Origin: a virus
Taxonomy: Duplodnaviria > Caudoviricetes
Virus record (IMG/VR): IMGVR_UViG_3300021400_000046
Coordinates: 32,001-96,000 of that record
Direction: 5' to 3' (one strand)
Length of the DNA stretch: 64,000 bases
Shown here in pieces: positions 9,711 to 21,400 of the stretch (position 1 is the first letter of the stretch; every line of letters starts with the position of its first letter). The notes under the pieces are model-generated. The model was not told the origin of the DNA. It saw only the letters and a program-made list of their open reading frames with translations, and searched no databases. Position numbers and translations under genes: made by a program.

Positions 9711-12700
9711 ATGGCAAAAAACGATTTTTCGTTGCTTGTGAAAGCTAAGTTAGACGCAAGCCAGATTCAATCAGACCTTGAAAATATTAAAAATAAATAT
9801 GGGAATTTCAAGATTAAATTAGAGTTTGATAAAATGCCAAACTTGTCTGGACAGATGCAGAAGGAAGGTGGCAAGGCTGGACAAGCGTATTCAGATGCAT
9901 TCAAGAAAGCAATGTCTGATAAGATTCAGTTTAAGTTAGATACTGGTGATTTCCAAACAAAGATTAACAGTATCGAAACAAAATTGAAATCATTAAAGGG
10001 CGTTTCTGATGTTACTAAAACAAATATTGAAATGCTAAAGGGCGCATTTTCAACACTTAGTTCAAGTGATGCGAGTATCGAGGATAAGATTGCTGCCTTC
10101 AAACAGTTTAACTCGTTGCTGCCTACTATTCGCTCGCAACTAACTCAAAGCGCACAGGCAGGGCGAGAGTATGAAAAGACAATCAAGCAGGCTGCCCAAG
10201 AGCAATTAACACTTACAAAATCAAGTACATTGTCTAATAGCATCCAGGCATGGATGAACAACAATGAAAAGGCTGCAAAACAATATGGAGATCGGTTAAG
10301 AGAACTTCAAAATCAACTGCGTAACAATACTGACCCAAGTAAGTTAAGAGAAGTTTCTGCTGAGTTCCAAAATATAAAATCAGAAGCCGGTGCTGCTGGA
10401 TTAACTGTTAGTAAATGGGGTTCGCAATTCAGTAGTGCCATCAAGATGGCTCTTGGTATTGGCAGTGTTTATCAAATTCTTAATAAGGTAATTCAAGTTA
10501 CAAAAGAAATGGTCAAACAGACTATTGAACTTGAAGATGCTATGGCGCAGTTCCGAATTGTTACAAAAGCAACGGAACAGCAAATGAACAGTTTTTATCA
10601 GACAACCATCAAGAATGCCAAGGAAATCGGTGGTAATGTCAGAGATATGACCGATGCGGCAACCGTGTTCGCAAGACTTGGTTTTAGTATTGACGAATCA
10701 AGTACCTTGGCAAAATACACGAGTATGTTACAGAGCGTCGGTGACATTGATGTTTCAACCGCAGAAAACGCACTAACTGCTATTTTCAAAGCATTTGATT
10801 TGAATATCAATGATATTGAAAGTATCATGGACAAATTGATTGAGGTAGGCAACAACTATCCAATCAGTGTAGCTCAACTTGCGGAAGGTATCAATAATGC
10901 TGGTAGTATGCTTGCTTCTGCTGGTAATAGTTACGAAGAAACTATTGCTATGCTTGCTGCCGCAAATACGACTGTTCAGGATATTTCAAAATCATCTACA
11001 GGTTTGAGAACAATCGCAGCCCGTATTCGTAACACCAAGACAGAGCTTGATGATCTTGGTGAAGCAATGACAGATGCAGACTACGATGCACTTGTTCGTG
11101 GTTTGACAAAAGCAAATGTTGCGCTTACTGATGCGCAAGGTAATTTTAGAAGCACTTATGATATTGTGAAAGACTTGGCTAAAGTCTGGAACCAGTTATC
11201 AAATATTGACCAGGCTGCTTTGGCAAAGACGTTAGCAGGCACACGGCAGCAAAATGTGTTTTTCTCGCTCATTGAACAATTCCAGGAAGCAGAAAATGCA
11301 ATGGATTCAATGGAAAATAGTATGGGTGCTTTATCCAGCGCCATGTCTATTTATGAGTCAACGGCAACAGCACATATTAATTCATTAAAAACTGCATTTC
11401 TTGATTTAGCGCAAAGCATTATAGATAATGGGTTTATAAATGAACTTACTGATATTGGTCAGTGGATTATTGAACTAATAAAGAAAATAGCCGATTTGAT
11501 TAATGCTCTTGGCGGATTAAAAACTATTATAATTGGTGTTGGTGTTGCGTTTGCAACAATTAAAATTATAAAAGTAATTGGATGGGTTAAAGAGTTATAT
11601 ACAGGTATTACAGCTTTTATAAAACTAATCCCTTATCTTGGATTATTAAAAGCAAATAGTATATCTGTTGCACAGGGCATAGAAAATATTTCTGGTTCTG
11701 CAAAGGCCGCAACTGCCGCAATGAGTGCAATGAAAACAATGGTTGTTGCTGTGATTGCGGTTTCTGCAATGTTAATTGCAAATCATATTAAGAAAATTAA
11801 AGAAGCCAGAGAAGAAGCTAAACGATTAAAACAAGAAGCGGTAGAAAATTCGAGAGAATCTCTTGCTAATAGCACTTCAAGACTAAATTCATTATATGAA
11901 TTACGTCAAGAATATCAAAATATTATTGATAGTGAAAGAGATGAAGCAACAAAAACGCAAGAGCTTGACAACTGGAAACAAAAACTAATAGAGACATACG
12001 GGTTCGAAAAAGATGCAATAGCTGATGTTAATAAAGAACGAGAAACTGGTCTTAAATTAATTGATGATGAACGAAAGAGGAATGTCCAATCTGCTCTTGC
12101 TGATGCAACTGCGGCATACAATGATTCTGTTAAAACATTAAGCAGAACATATATATGGGATGGGAGAGTATCAACATCTGAATCAAGCCAAAGTGCAGTT
12201 GCCGATGTTATGAGCAGATACTTCCCAAATGTATCAAAACATGATGACAAAGGTACAGGATACTTTTATGAAGATTGGGCGCGTAGTCTTGGTATCCAAG
12301 ATACACAATATTGGGTAAGTGGCAGTAGTGGTGCTGGAGTATATGGAGATATTGATTCGTTAAAACAATATCTTGATATAATTGAAACAGCTATTAATGA
12401 TCTACAAGCTAAGAAACTACGTGGAGAAACACTTACATCAGCAGAAAATACGGTTTTAACTTCTCTATCGCAAAATGTTGGTGGTATTAGAAAAACATAC
12501 GAAGAAGCAGCACAGGCTTATGATAACTATAATAGGTTACTTGCAGAGAATTATATTCTGCAAATGGATATTAATTCTGGTACAATTAAGACAGCAGATG
12601 ATTATAACAATCTTAGAAATACTATACAGAATTTATATGGCGACAATCAACCTGTTATGGAACAAATGCTTGATATTGTTTCAACATTGTTCCCGAGATT

Positions 12701-15700
12701 TAGCGAAGAAGCAGATAGTGTTGTTTATGATGGTGATCGTATTAGTGTTTCTTTCCAAAACATTAGTGCTTCTGTATCTAAAGCCACTGAAAGTTTTAAT
12801 GCAACAACAAAAGGCATTTCTTCTTTACAGAGTGTTTTATCAAAGCAATCTACTGGAAGTTCATTATCATTAGATGATTTCAACTCAGAAGAACTAAAAG
12901 ATTATACTTCTGCACTTGAATATCATAATGGCGTTTTACAATTAAATGCAGAGAAAACAAGAGAACTTGTAGAAGCAAAAACACAAGATGAACTTGCAAC
13001 AATAAGCAAGAACAAAGCTCTTGCTCAATCTAAATACTTGCAAAACGCAAAAGAAATCCAGCGTTTAACAGATAAAATCAAAACCAACACTTATGAGACA
13101 GGTGAAAACAAAGAAGTTATTGAAGAACAGATTAGCAAATTACAAGATGAAAATAGTTCTTTACTTACAACTTGTTCTCAGTATGATTTAATGTCTGCGT
13201 CTCTTAGAGAAGCAACAGATGCTTACCACAACTGGCTAAATGCTCAAAATGCTTCACAAGCTGGCGATATGTTTGATGATACGCTCGATGCCATTAACAG
13301 AATTAACGATACTCTAAACAATAAAGATTCTGATTATTTTGGCAGAGTTGGCAGAACAGATTATCAAGCAGCTATTGATTTTGTAATTCCAGATACCGTT
13401 GATAGAGAAGATGCTGATGCTATTAACTCCTATCTTGAAAGTGTTTCAGATTTATTTACCTATGACGATAATGGGAACCGTGCTGGACTAAACATTACTA
13501 ATTTCTGTAAACAAGCTGTTAAACAGGGATTAATGGTATTTGATGAAGCATCTGATTCGTACCTTGTTGCCGGTCAGACAACAATGGAGGACTTTGCAGA
13601 AGGTATGAACCTTTCTCTCCCTCTTGTTCAGGCCATGTTTGGTGAGATGGAAGAATTTGGCGGTGAATTTTCATGGGCTGATGAAGCAGTAAAAACATTA
13701 GGCGATCTTGCTATTTCTGCTGATGTTGCGGCGAATAGACTTCGTGAATCGCATGGTGAATTTGGCTTTGATATTAAACTTGATTATTCTGATTTAGATA
13801 CAACAGAGGAAAAAATAGGAGCAATCGAACAGACAATAAGCAATATGAAGTTTATGCGCCTTGATGTTGGCTCCTATGACCCAAGTGCTGTAGAAGATTG
13901 TGATGCTGTTTTACAGTATTTAATTACGCAGAAACAGCAATTAGCCGCCCCAGCAATAATGAACATTGATATTTCAAAAGTATCTGAAAACACTGGTGCT
14001 GCATTACAATTATTAGTTGATTTCCAAAATGCTTGTAATGAGCTTGAATTAAAGCAAGAACTTGGTCTTGACACAACTGACGCACAAGCAAAAGTTGATA
14101 CGCTTTATGCTGAGATTTCTGGTAGTGATAATGATGCTATATTAACGCTTGGTATTGATACTTCGTCTGTTGAAACTGTAAAAACATCTCTTGCTGAGTT
14201 ATCACAAGAAGAAGTATTAACAAAGTTGCAACTTGATGCAAGTGTTGTAGAAGGTTATACACCAGAAGATAAAAGTGCCACATTAACATACATCGTTGAT
14301 TCTTCAAATGTTGATGCGTATAACCCGAAGAATTTACAACGTACAGTTACTTATTATGTTAGAACTTCTGGCATGGACAAACTCAATGGAACAGCCCATG
14401 CTGCCGGTACTGCAATGGCTTCTGGCGATTGGGGTACTGCACCTGGCGGCGAAACCTTAACTGGTGAGCTTGGTCGTGAGATAGTTGTTGATCCGCATAC
14501 TGGTAGATGGTATACAGTAGGCGATAACGGCGCTGAGTTTGTCAATATTCCTCGTGGCTCAATTGTATTTAATCATAAACAAACAGAACAACTTTTGAAA
14601 AATGGTTATGTTTCTGGTCGTGCTTCCGCTCTTGTTGGTGGTACTGCTATGGTTACTGGCGGTATTGGAGCGGGTAATGCTGATAATGGTAGCCATTCTG
14701 GTGGTAACAAGCCGCATAGTGGCGGTAGTTCAAGCGGTTCTGGCAGTTCAAGTAGTTCATCAAAACCAAGTTCTTCATCTTCTAATTCCTCTAATTCATC
14801 TTCAAAGTCAGATAAAGAACCGCAGATTATTGACTGGATAGAAATTGCGATTGCTCGAATTGAGCGAGAAATCAAGAAACTAAAAACAGTTGCAGAAAGC
14901 ACATATAAGTCACTAAAAACAAAACTTGGTGCGTCTTATGATGAAATCGCAAAGGTTAATAAAGAGATTGCGGTTCAGCAACAAGGTTATAATCGGTATT
15001 TGAAACAGGCCGAGTCTGTTGGATTATCTTCTAATCTGAAAGCGAAGGTTCGTGATGGAACTATTGACATCAATCAGTATGACGAGGACACACAGAAGTT
15101 AATTAAAGATTACCAGCAATGGTTTGAGAAAGCCTTAGATTGCGCCGATGCTGTTGACGAGCTTCATGAATCTCTTGCAAAACTCTATGAAGATAACTTT
15201 AATGCTACACAAGAAGATTTTGAAAATAAACTTTCTCTGATTGAACATTTAACAAAAATGTATCAATCAGGCATTGATCTGTTTGAAGCGAAAGGTTATC
15301 TTGAAAGTACGAAGTTTACAAAAGCAATGCAAGAAGCAAATGCGCAAAGATTATCTACACTTAATCAAGAATTATCGGCATTAAAGCAGAAATTCTCTGA
15401 GGCTATGGCTTCTGGTGAGATAGAGGTTGGATCGGAGTCTTGGTATAAGATGCAGCAAGAAATAAATGCTTGCAAGGAAGCGATTGCTGACGCTAATGTT
15501 GAGGCTGCTGAACTTGCAAAAACTGTTCGAGAAATCGAATGGGGTTATTTTGACTATGAGCAAGATCGCATATCTCAACTCACGCAAGAAGCAGATTTCT
15601 TGATTGACCTTATGAGCAATCAAGATTTGCACGATGATAGAGGTCAATTAACTGATTACGGCATGGCTACTATGGGCTTGCACGGACAGAATTATAATGT

Positions 15701-17225
15701 CTATATGGCGCAAGCAGATGATTATGCCAAGGAAATTCTTGCTCTTGATAAGCAAATTGCTGATGATCCGTACAATACTGATCTTATTAAACGCAGAGAG
15801 GAACTTATCAAACTGCAACAAGAATCAATCAAGAATGCGGAAGCTGAAAAACAAGCAATGATTGAGCTTGTGAAGCAAGGTATTCAGATTGAGCTTTCTG
15901 CTCTAAAGGATTTGATTGATGCCTACAAGGAATCTCTTGATAACGCTAAAGCTCTTTACGAATATCAAAGTAATGTCACGGATAAAGCCGCTGAAATTGC
16001 AAGACTCCAAAAGCAGCTCTCCGCTTATTCCGGTGATACTTCTGCTGAAACACAAGCAACAGTTCAGAAGCTGCAAGTTGATTTATCAAAAGCGCAGGAA
16101 GATTTAGCGAAAACAGAATATGAGCAATTTATCAGCGATCAAAAGAAATTGCTTGATGAATTATACGACGAGTACGAGGAAGTCCTAAACCAAAGGCTTG
16201 ATGATGTTGACGCTCTGATTTCTGATCTGATTGATGGTGTAAACTCAAATTCAGATAAGATCAATGAAACCATTGGTGGCGTTGCTGCCGATGTTGGTTA
16301 TAATCTTACTCCGCAAATGCAGGAAATATGGAACAACTCAACCGGTTCAACAGAGGGCGTTATTTCAAAATATGGCGACGATTTCTCTGAAAAACTAACT
16401 GCGGTTAATAGTGTTCTTGCTGGTATTCACGCGAATGTTGCTGATATGATAGAGCATAGCGACGAGGAAGCTGATGCCGATGTTGGAAGTCAAACTCCAA
16501 CAACCGAACCTACTCCTCCTTCTGATGGTGGTGGTAATCAACCTCCTGCGCCAAAGCCGTCAGATGATGGTGGCGGTGGTGGTGCAACACTTGACGAACA
16601 AACAAAGAAGAAAGTTGCCGCCGCTATTTGGCGTGGTGGTCTTGGTTGGGGTGTTAATCCTGATAGAGCAAAACGCCTGAAGGAAGTCTTTGGTGCAAAC
16701 AATGGTATTCAAGCGCTTGTAAATAAAGGCGTTGGTAAGAATGATGGCGGCTCTGACGTTAAGAACTATACTTATCTTGCAATGCGTAAAAAGTTCAAAG
16801 GTTATAAGACTGGTGGACTTGTTGACTATACTGGTTTGGCACAGGTTGACGGCACACCGCAGAAACCAGAACTTATGTTGAATGCGAATGATGCACAGAA
16901 CTTCATTGCACTGAGAGACGTATTGAGAAACTTGTCTATGCAGCCAATTTCTCTTGGTAAACAGTTTGACTTAGATACACCGTTATTTAGTGGAATTGCT
17001 GATATGTCAGAGCGTCTTGCCTCTATGAGAACGCCGGTTGGTAATTCTGGCACTACCTTCGGTGATTTTGAAATCAACATCCCGATTGAGAATGTGCAGG
17101 ATTATAACGATTTTGTGCAGCAGTTACGTAATGACCCACAATTTGAAGAAATGATTATTGGTATGACACTTGGTAAAGCGTTGGGCAAAACCTCGCTTTC
17201 AAAGTATAAGTATCAATGGAAGTAA
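9711..17225 (+). CDS. Tail tape measure protein (TP901 family core)
   Basis: 2504 aa, helical; TP901-type core (GNNYPIS...GLRTIAARI, LAGTRQQN), hydrophobic segment, GELGREIV and GLVDYTG motifs. Confidence 0.92.
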   Translation: MAKNDFSLLVKAKLDASQIQSDLENIKNKYGNFKIKLEFDKMPNLSGQMQKEGGKAGQAYSDAFKKAMSDKIQFKLDTGDFQTKINSIETKLKSLKGVSDVTKTNIEMLKGAFSTLSSSDASIEDKIAAFKQFNSLLPTIRSQLTQSAQAGREYEKTIKQAAQEQLTLTKSSTLSNSIQAWMNNNEKAAKQYGDRLRELQNQLRNNTDPSKLREVSAEFQNIKSEAGAAGLTVSKWGSQFSSAIKMALGIGSVYQILNKVIQVTKEMVKQTIELEDAMAQFRIVTKATEQQMNSFYQTTIKNAKEIGGNVRDMTDAATVFARLGFSIDESSTLAKYTSMLQSVGDIDVSTAENALTAIFKAFDLNINDIESIMDKLIEVGNNYPISVAQLAEGINNAGSMLASAGNSYEETIAMLAAANTTVQDISKSSTGLRTIAARIRNTKTELDDLGEAMTDADYDALVRGLTKANVALTDAQGNFRSTYDIVKDLAKVWNQLSNIDQAALAKTLAGTRQQNVFFSLIEQFQEAENAMDSMENSMGALSSAMSIYESTATAHINSLKTAFLDLAQSIIDNGFINELTDIGQWIIELIKKIADLINALGGLKTIIIGVGVAFATIKIIKVIGWVKELYTGITAFIKLIPYLGLLKANSISVAQGIENISGSAKAATAAMSAMKTMVVAVIAVSAMLIANHIKKIKEAREEAKRLKQEAVENSRESLANSTSRLNSLYELRQEYQNIIDSERDEATKTQELDNWKQKLIETYGFEKDAIADVNKERETGLKLIDDERKRNVQSALADATAAYNDSVKTLSRTYIWDGRVSTSESSQSAVADVMSRYFPNVSKHDDKGTGYFYEDWARSLGIQDTQYWVSGSSGAGVYGDIDSLKQYLDIIETAINDLQAKKLRGETLTSAENTVLTSLSQNVGGIRKTYEEAAQAYDNYNRLLAENYILQMDINSGTIKTADDYNNLRNTIQNLYGDNQPVMEQMLDIVSTLFPRFSEEADSVVYDGDRISVSFQNISASVSKATESFNATTKGISSLQSVLSKQSTGSSLSLDDFNSEELKDYTSALEYHNGVLQLNAEKTRELVEAKTQDELATISKNKALAQSKYLQNAKEIQRLTDKIKTNTYETGENKEVIEEQISKLQDENSSLLTTCSQYDLMSASLREATDAYHNWLNAQNASQAGDMFDDTLDAINRINDTLNNKDSDYFGRVGRTDYQAAIDFVIPDTVDREDADAINSYLESVSDLFTYDDNGNRAGLNITNFCKQAVKQGLMVFDEASDSYLVAGQTTMEDFAEGMNLSLPLVQAMFGEMEEFGGEFSWADEAVKTLGDLAISADVAANRLRESHGEFGFDIKLDYSDLDTTEEKIGAIEQTISNMKFMRLDVGSYDPSAVEDCDAVLQYLITQKQQLAAPAIMNIDISKVSENTGAALQLLVDFQNACNELELKQELGLDTTDAQAKVDTLYAEISGSDNDAILTLGIDTSSVETVKTSLAELSQEEVLTKLQLDASVVEGYTPEDKSATLTYIVDSSNVDAYNPKNLQRTVTYYVRTSGMDKLNGTAHAAGTAMASGDWGTAPGGETLTGELGREIVVDPHTGRWYTVGDNGAEFVNIPRGSIVFNHKQTEQLLKNGYVSGRASALVGGTAMVTGGIGAGNADNGSHSGGNKPHSGGSSSGSGSSSSSSKPSSSSSNSSNSSSKSDKEPQIIDWIEIAIARIEREIKKLKTVAESTYKSLKTKLGASYDEIAKVNKEIAVQQQGYNRYLKQAESVGLSSNLKAKVRDGTIDINQYDEDTQKLIKDYQQWFEKALDCADAVDELHESLAKLYEDNFNATQEDFENKLSLIEHLTKMYQSGIDLFEAKGYLESTKFTKAMQEANAQRLSTLNQELSALKQKFSEAMASGEIEVGSESWYKMQQEINACKEAIADANVEAAELAKTVREIEWGYFDYEQDRISQLTQEADFLIDLMSNQDLHDDRGQLTDYGMATMGLHGQNYNVYMAQADDYAKEILALDKQIADDPYNTDLIKRREELIKLQQESIKNAEAEKQAMIELVKQGIQIELSALKDLIDAYKESLDNAKALYEYQSNVTDKAAEIARLQKQLSAYSGDTSAETQATVQKLQVDLSKAQEDLAKTEYEQFISDQKKLLDELYDEYEEVLNQRLDDVDALISDLIDGVNSNSDKINETIGGVAADVGYNLTPQMQEIWNNSTGSTEGVISKYGDDFSEKLTAVNSVLAGIHANVADMIEHSDEEADADVGSQTPTTEPTPPSDGGGNQPPAPKPSDDGGGGGATLDEQTKKKVAAAIWRGGLGWGVNPDRAKRLKEVFGANNGIQALVNKGVGKNDGGSDVKNYTYLAMRKKFKGYKTGGLVDYTGLAQVDGTPQKPELMLNANDAQNFIALRDVLRNLSMQPISLGKQFDLDTPLFSGIADMSERLASMRTPVGNSGTTFGDFEINIPIENVQDYNDFVQQLRNDPQFEEMIIGMTLGKALGKTSLSKYKYQWK

Positions 17226-17230
17226 GTATT

Positions 17231-17250
17231 GGGAGGTGGGAACACCTCCC
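17231..17250 (+). terminator. GNRA-capped hairpin after the tape measure gene
   Basis: GGGAGGTG-GGAA-CACCTCCC. Confidence 0.55.
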
Positions 17251-17269
17251 TCTTATATTAAGGTGAGAT

Positions 17270-17569
17270 ATGAAAGATAGTGAGAAAATTAAAATTTTGC
17301 AAGAAGCCTTACGAGAATTGCGAGAAGAAAATAGTTCTCTAAAAAAGCAGATTGAAGCTGATAAAAGTGAGGTTTTATCTATGAGAGCCGCAATAGAAGA
17401 AAAACAACGGATGATGGAAGATGTTATCCGGGCGCACAAAGAAGCTATTGGCGAAGTACGAGAAATTGGAATGAATTATCGGGCTGCCATCAAAGATGCG
17501 AATAAAGTAAAAGCAGATTACGAAAAGCAAATGAGAGAACAGTTGCAACGAATTAAGAAGCAGAAATAA
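17270..17569 (+). CDS. Coiled-coil hypothetical protein
   Basis: AAGGTGA RBS; heptad-rich 99 aa. Confidence 0.6.
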   Translation: MKDSEKIKILQEALRELREENSSLKKQIEADKSEVLSMRAAIEEKQRMMEDVIRAHKEAIGEVREIGMNYRAAIKDANKVKADYEKQMREQLQRIKKQK

Positions 17570-17591
17570 CTATGAAGGGAGGCTTGCCTAA

Positions 17592-18413
17592 TTGTACGCC
17601 ATAGATTTTGAATATGACGGACAATATCTGAGTGATTACGGATTGATTATTTGTCATTTTGATTATTCTACCGGAACTGCTGTCGCAGATGCCGGTTCAA
17701 GAATTACCTTTGAAAAGGTTTCAAGGAATTATGGCAAGTCATATAGTTTGGCAAGTACACGCTATAATGAGTGTATTACTACCACATTTGATATTTGTAA
17801 GAACCCGGATTTGTACGAAGAATATGAAGATAGGCAAATCTCTAATGATGAATACCGCGATCTCATGCGCTGGTTAAATCGTAGGGAGTTCCTAAAATTT
17901 CAGGTATTTGACGAGGACGATAAAGAGAGGGACACTTGTTACTACAATGTTAGTTTCAATGTAGAGAAAATAAAAATTGCGGAAGTCTTATATGGATTAC
18001 GACTAACCCTTGAAAGTGATAAACCATTTGGATATGGACAAGAACAATCTGTATCATGGACATTTAGCGATACTTCTGTTGCAAAGATTTTAAGTGATAT
18101 GTCTGATGAAATTGGCTATATTTATCCGAATGTAAAGATTACTTGCTATGCAAATGGCGATTTATCAATTTATAATGAGTTACTTGATAGTACGACAGTC
18201 ATTAAGAATTGTAAGGTTGGCGAAGTAATTACGCTTGATGGTAATGCTCAAATTATTGCAACAACATATTCATCTCATGATATTTGTGATGATTTTAATT
18301 ATGAGTTTTTCAAAATAGGGAACACAATCAATAATAGGAATAATCGAATTACTGTTTCTGCGCCTTGTGCATTAGAAATAAAGTATGAACCTATTATAAA
18401 AGATACACCTTAA
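17592..18413 (+). CDS. Distal tail protein (Dit)
   Basis: DFEYDGQYLSDYG start, RWLNR and SDKPFGY motifs; follows the TMP. Confidence 0.75.
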   Translation: MYAIDFEYDGQYLSDYGLIICHFDYSTGTAVADAGSRITFEKVSRNYGKSYSLASTRYNECITTTFDICKNPDLYEEYEDRQISNDEYRDLMRWLNRREFLKFQVFDEDDKERDTCYYNVSFNVEKIKIAEVLYGLRLTLESDKPFGYGQEQSVSWTFSDTSVAKILSDMSDEIGYIYPNVKITCYANGDLSIYNELLDSTTVIKNCKVGEVITLDGNAQIIATTYSSHDICDDFNYEFFKIGNTINNRNNRITVSAPCALEIKYEPIIKDTP

Positions 18414-18431
18414 CGAAAGGAGGAGCGCATT

Positions 18432-21400
18432 TTGTCAATAAGGATAAAATTTGACTCAACGCATAATGCGGAATTACCTACTTTTGTTCTTGCTACACGC
18501 AGCGGCAGATTGCTTGGTAAAATCCCATTAACGTCTCCTACGTTTAAGGACACACTAAATGCGGCCTCCTCTGCCGTTTTTACTGTTTACAAGAGCGACT
18601 GTATTTCTTCGATTAAAGAAACTGATAGAGTTCAAGTAAATCCAATCAGCCTTCATGCAATCGTTAATTCAATATCAAGCAGAACAAGAGCCGGACAATT
18701 AAATCAAGTTGATTTGTTAAGTATACGAAATTACTTTTCAACACCAGAAACAATTAACGATCTAAATATTAGGGTTGTAAGCAATCAGAATAGTCGCCAG
18801 TATAATCAAGATCAGCTTGATTATATATATGATACCATACAACAGACGTTTACTGTTACATACAACAATTTAGAAATATTATTTGTAGATGCTGATGGCT
18901 ATGTGTTTATCAACAATGCAAGCACTCTTGGGTTATCGAATGATGATTCATACCTAATTACAATGTCATTTACTGTCCCGGCAATATCAAAGGCATTGGA
19001 TTTTTGGGAACAAATCAAGGATTTCAAACTGGTTTGGGCGAGAGAGTGGAATAAGTGGTTTGAGGCTTATGTTGAAATATCTGAATCAGATAGTACAATG
19101 AAATCTGTAACTCTGACTTCTTTAGGTGAAGCTGAGTTGTCGCAGATAAATTTATATAACATCGAGATTAACACGGAAGATGATATTGACCGTGATGATT
19201 ATGTTGTCACAACACTCTTTAATGAAACAAATCCAAAAGGCTCATTGCTTAATAGGATTATGGAGAAAGCACCGCATTATACAATTGCCCATGTTGATTC
19301 CACTATTGCCGGTATTCAGAGGACGTTCAGTTTTAATGGGAAAAGTATTTATGATGCTTTCAAGGAAATCTCAGATGAAGAAGATATTTTATTCCAGATT
19401 GATTGCTATACAAATAGTGATGGTGATTTAGTACGAGAAATCAATGTATATGATTTGGAGTCAAATTGTTTGGATTGCGGCCATCGTGGAGAATTTGTAG
19501 ATAAGTGCGAAGAATGTGGAAGTATAAACATCAAGTCCGGTTATGGCGAAGATACTACGATTATTGTGTCTGTAGAAAACCTTGCTGACAATATTAAATT
19601 CTCAACGGATAATGGATCAGTAAAAAACTGTTTTCGTCTCGAAGCTGGCGACGATCTTATGAGCGCAACAATAGCAAACTGCAATCCAAATGGAAGCCGA
19701 TATATTTGGTATATTTCAGACGAAGTTAAAAGTGATATGTCTGACGAGCTTGTGCAAAAACTTGAAGAATACGATGAACTATATCGTTATTATCAAAAAG
19801 AGTATGAGGTTGTAATTGATGCTGATTTGCTTGAACGTTATAACGCTCTTGTTGACAAATACTCTGTTTTTTCTGATGATTATTCTCATTTACCAGATAC
19901 AATTACAGGGTTTCCAGCATTGATGCAGGCATATTACGATACAATTGACTTTTTCCTGTTTTTGAATGACACACTTATGCCGAGCGTTGAAATATCGAGG
20001 ACTACGGCGGCATTGCAGGCAGCGGAATTGAACACCCTTAATCTGTCTCCTGTGGCCGTTCAAAAACTTGAAAACTGTTCTGTATCAACTGCTTCAAGCG
20101 CCGTACTTGCTATGGCTAAAACTATCATTGATCCGAGATACCAAGTAAAAATCAAAGATAGTTCTTTTGCTGAAAACACATGGGTCGGTACATTTACTGT
20201 GACGAATTATTCAGACGAAGAAGATACTTCTACTACAAATCAAGTTTATGTTTCTATTAATGATGATTATGAGAAATTTGTAAAACAGAAGATCGACAAG
20301 ATTTTGAATAAGCAGAGCGAAGAAGTAACTGATATTATCGGTTTGTTCAAACTCAGTCTTGAAAACTTCAAAATTGAACTAAAACGGTATTCTCTTTCAC
20401 GGCTTACGTCTTTTTATGATTGTTGCCAGAGTTGCCTCGATATTCTAATTGAGCAAGGTATTGCAGATCGTGAGACTTGGGCTGACCATGATCCTGATAT
20501 GTACAGAGACTTGTATGTGCCTTATTATCAGAAACTAAATGCAATTCAAGATGAAATCAAGGTGCGCGAAGAAGAAATTGAGGTTATCGCCGGTGTATAT
20601 GACAGTGACGGTGATTTAGCTACTCATGGTGTTCAGACATTCCTTGGGGAAATTAGGAACGCTATCCAGGACACGCTTAATTTTGAGAAATACCTTGGAG
20701 AAGAATTATGGCTTCAATTTGTTTCCTACCGCAGAGAGGACACATATAGCAATAGCAATTACATTTCAGATGGTTTGAATAATTCAGAATTGTTTGAGAA
20801 CGCTCTTGACTTTATTGAAGTCGCAACAAAAGAGATTTATAAGTCTGCAACATTACAACATTCAATAACAGCATCGTTGAAGAACTTGCTTGTTATGAAA
20901 GAATTTGAGCCGTTGCTTGATATGTTTGAGGTTGGAAACTGGATTAGGATTAAAGTTGATGGCAAAGTTTATAAATTGCGAATTATTGAGTACGAAATCA
21001 ATTATGATGATTTACAACAATTAAACATTCGTTTTTCTGACGTAAAAATGGCACAAGGAACAGAGACAGATATTGAAAGTGTTATTCAGCAAGCCGCGTC
21101 TATGGCTACATCTTATGATGCTGTTATTCGTCAGGCAAGTAATGGTCAAAAAGGTAATGATAGGCTAAATGATTGGGTAAACAAAGGTCTTGCATTGACA
21201 AAAATGAAGATCATTGATAGCGCAGACAATCAGAATATTACTTGGGATAGTCACGGATTACTGTGCAAAGAGTATTTGCCGATAACTGATACCTACGATG
21301 ATAAGCAGCTCAAAATCATTAACAAAGGTTTGTTCTTAACAGATGATAATTGGCAGACTTCAAAAGCTGGAATCGGTAATTTTGCGTTCTATAATCCAGA

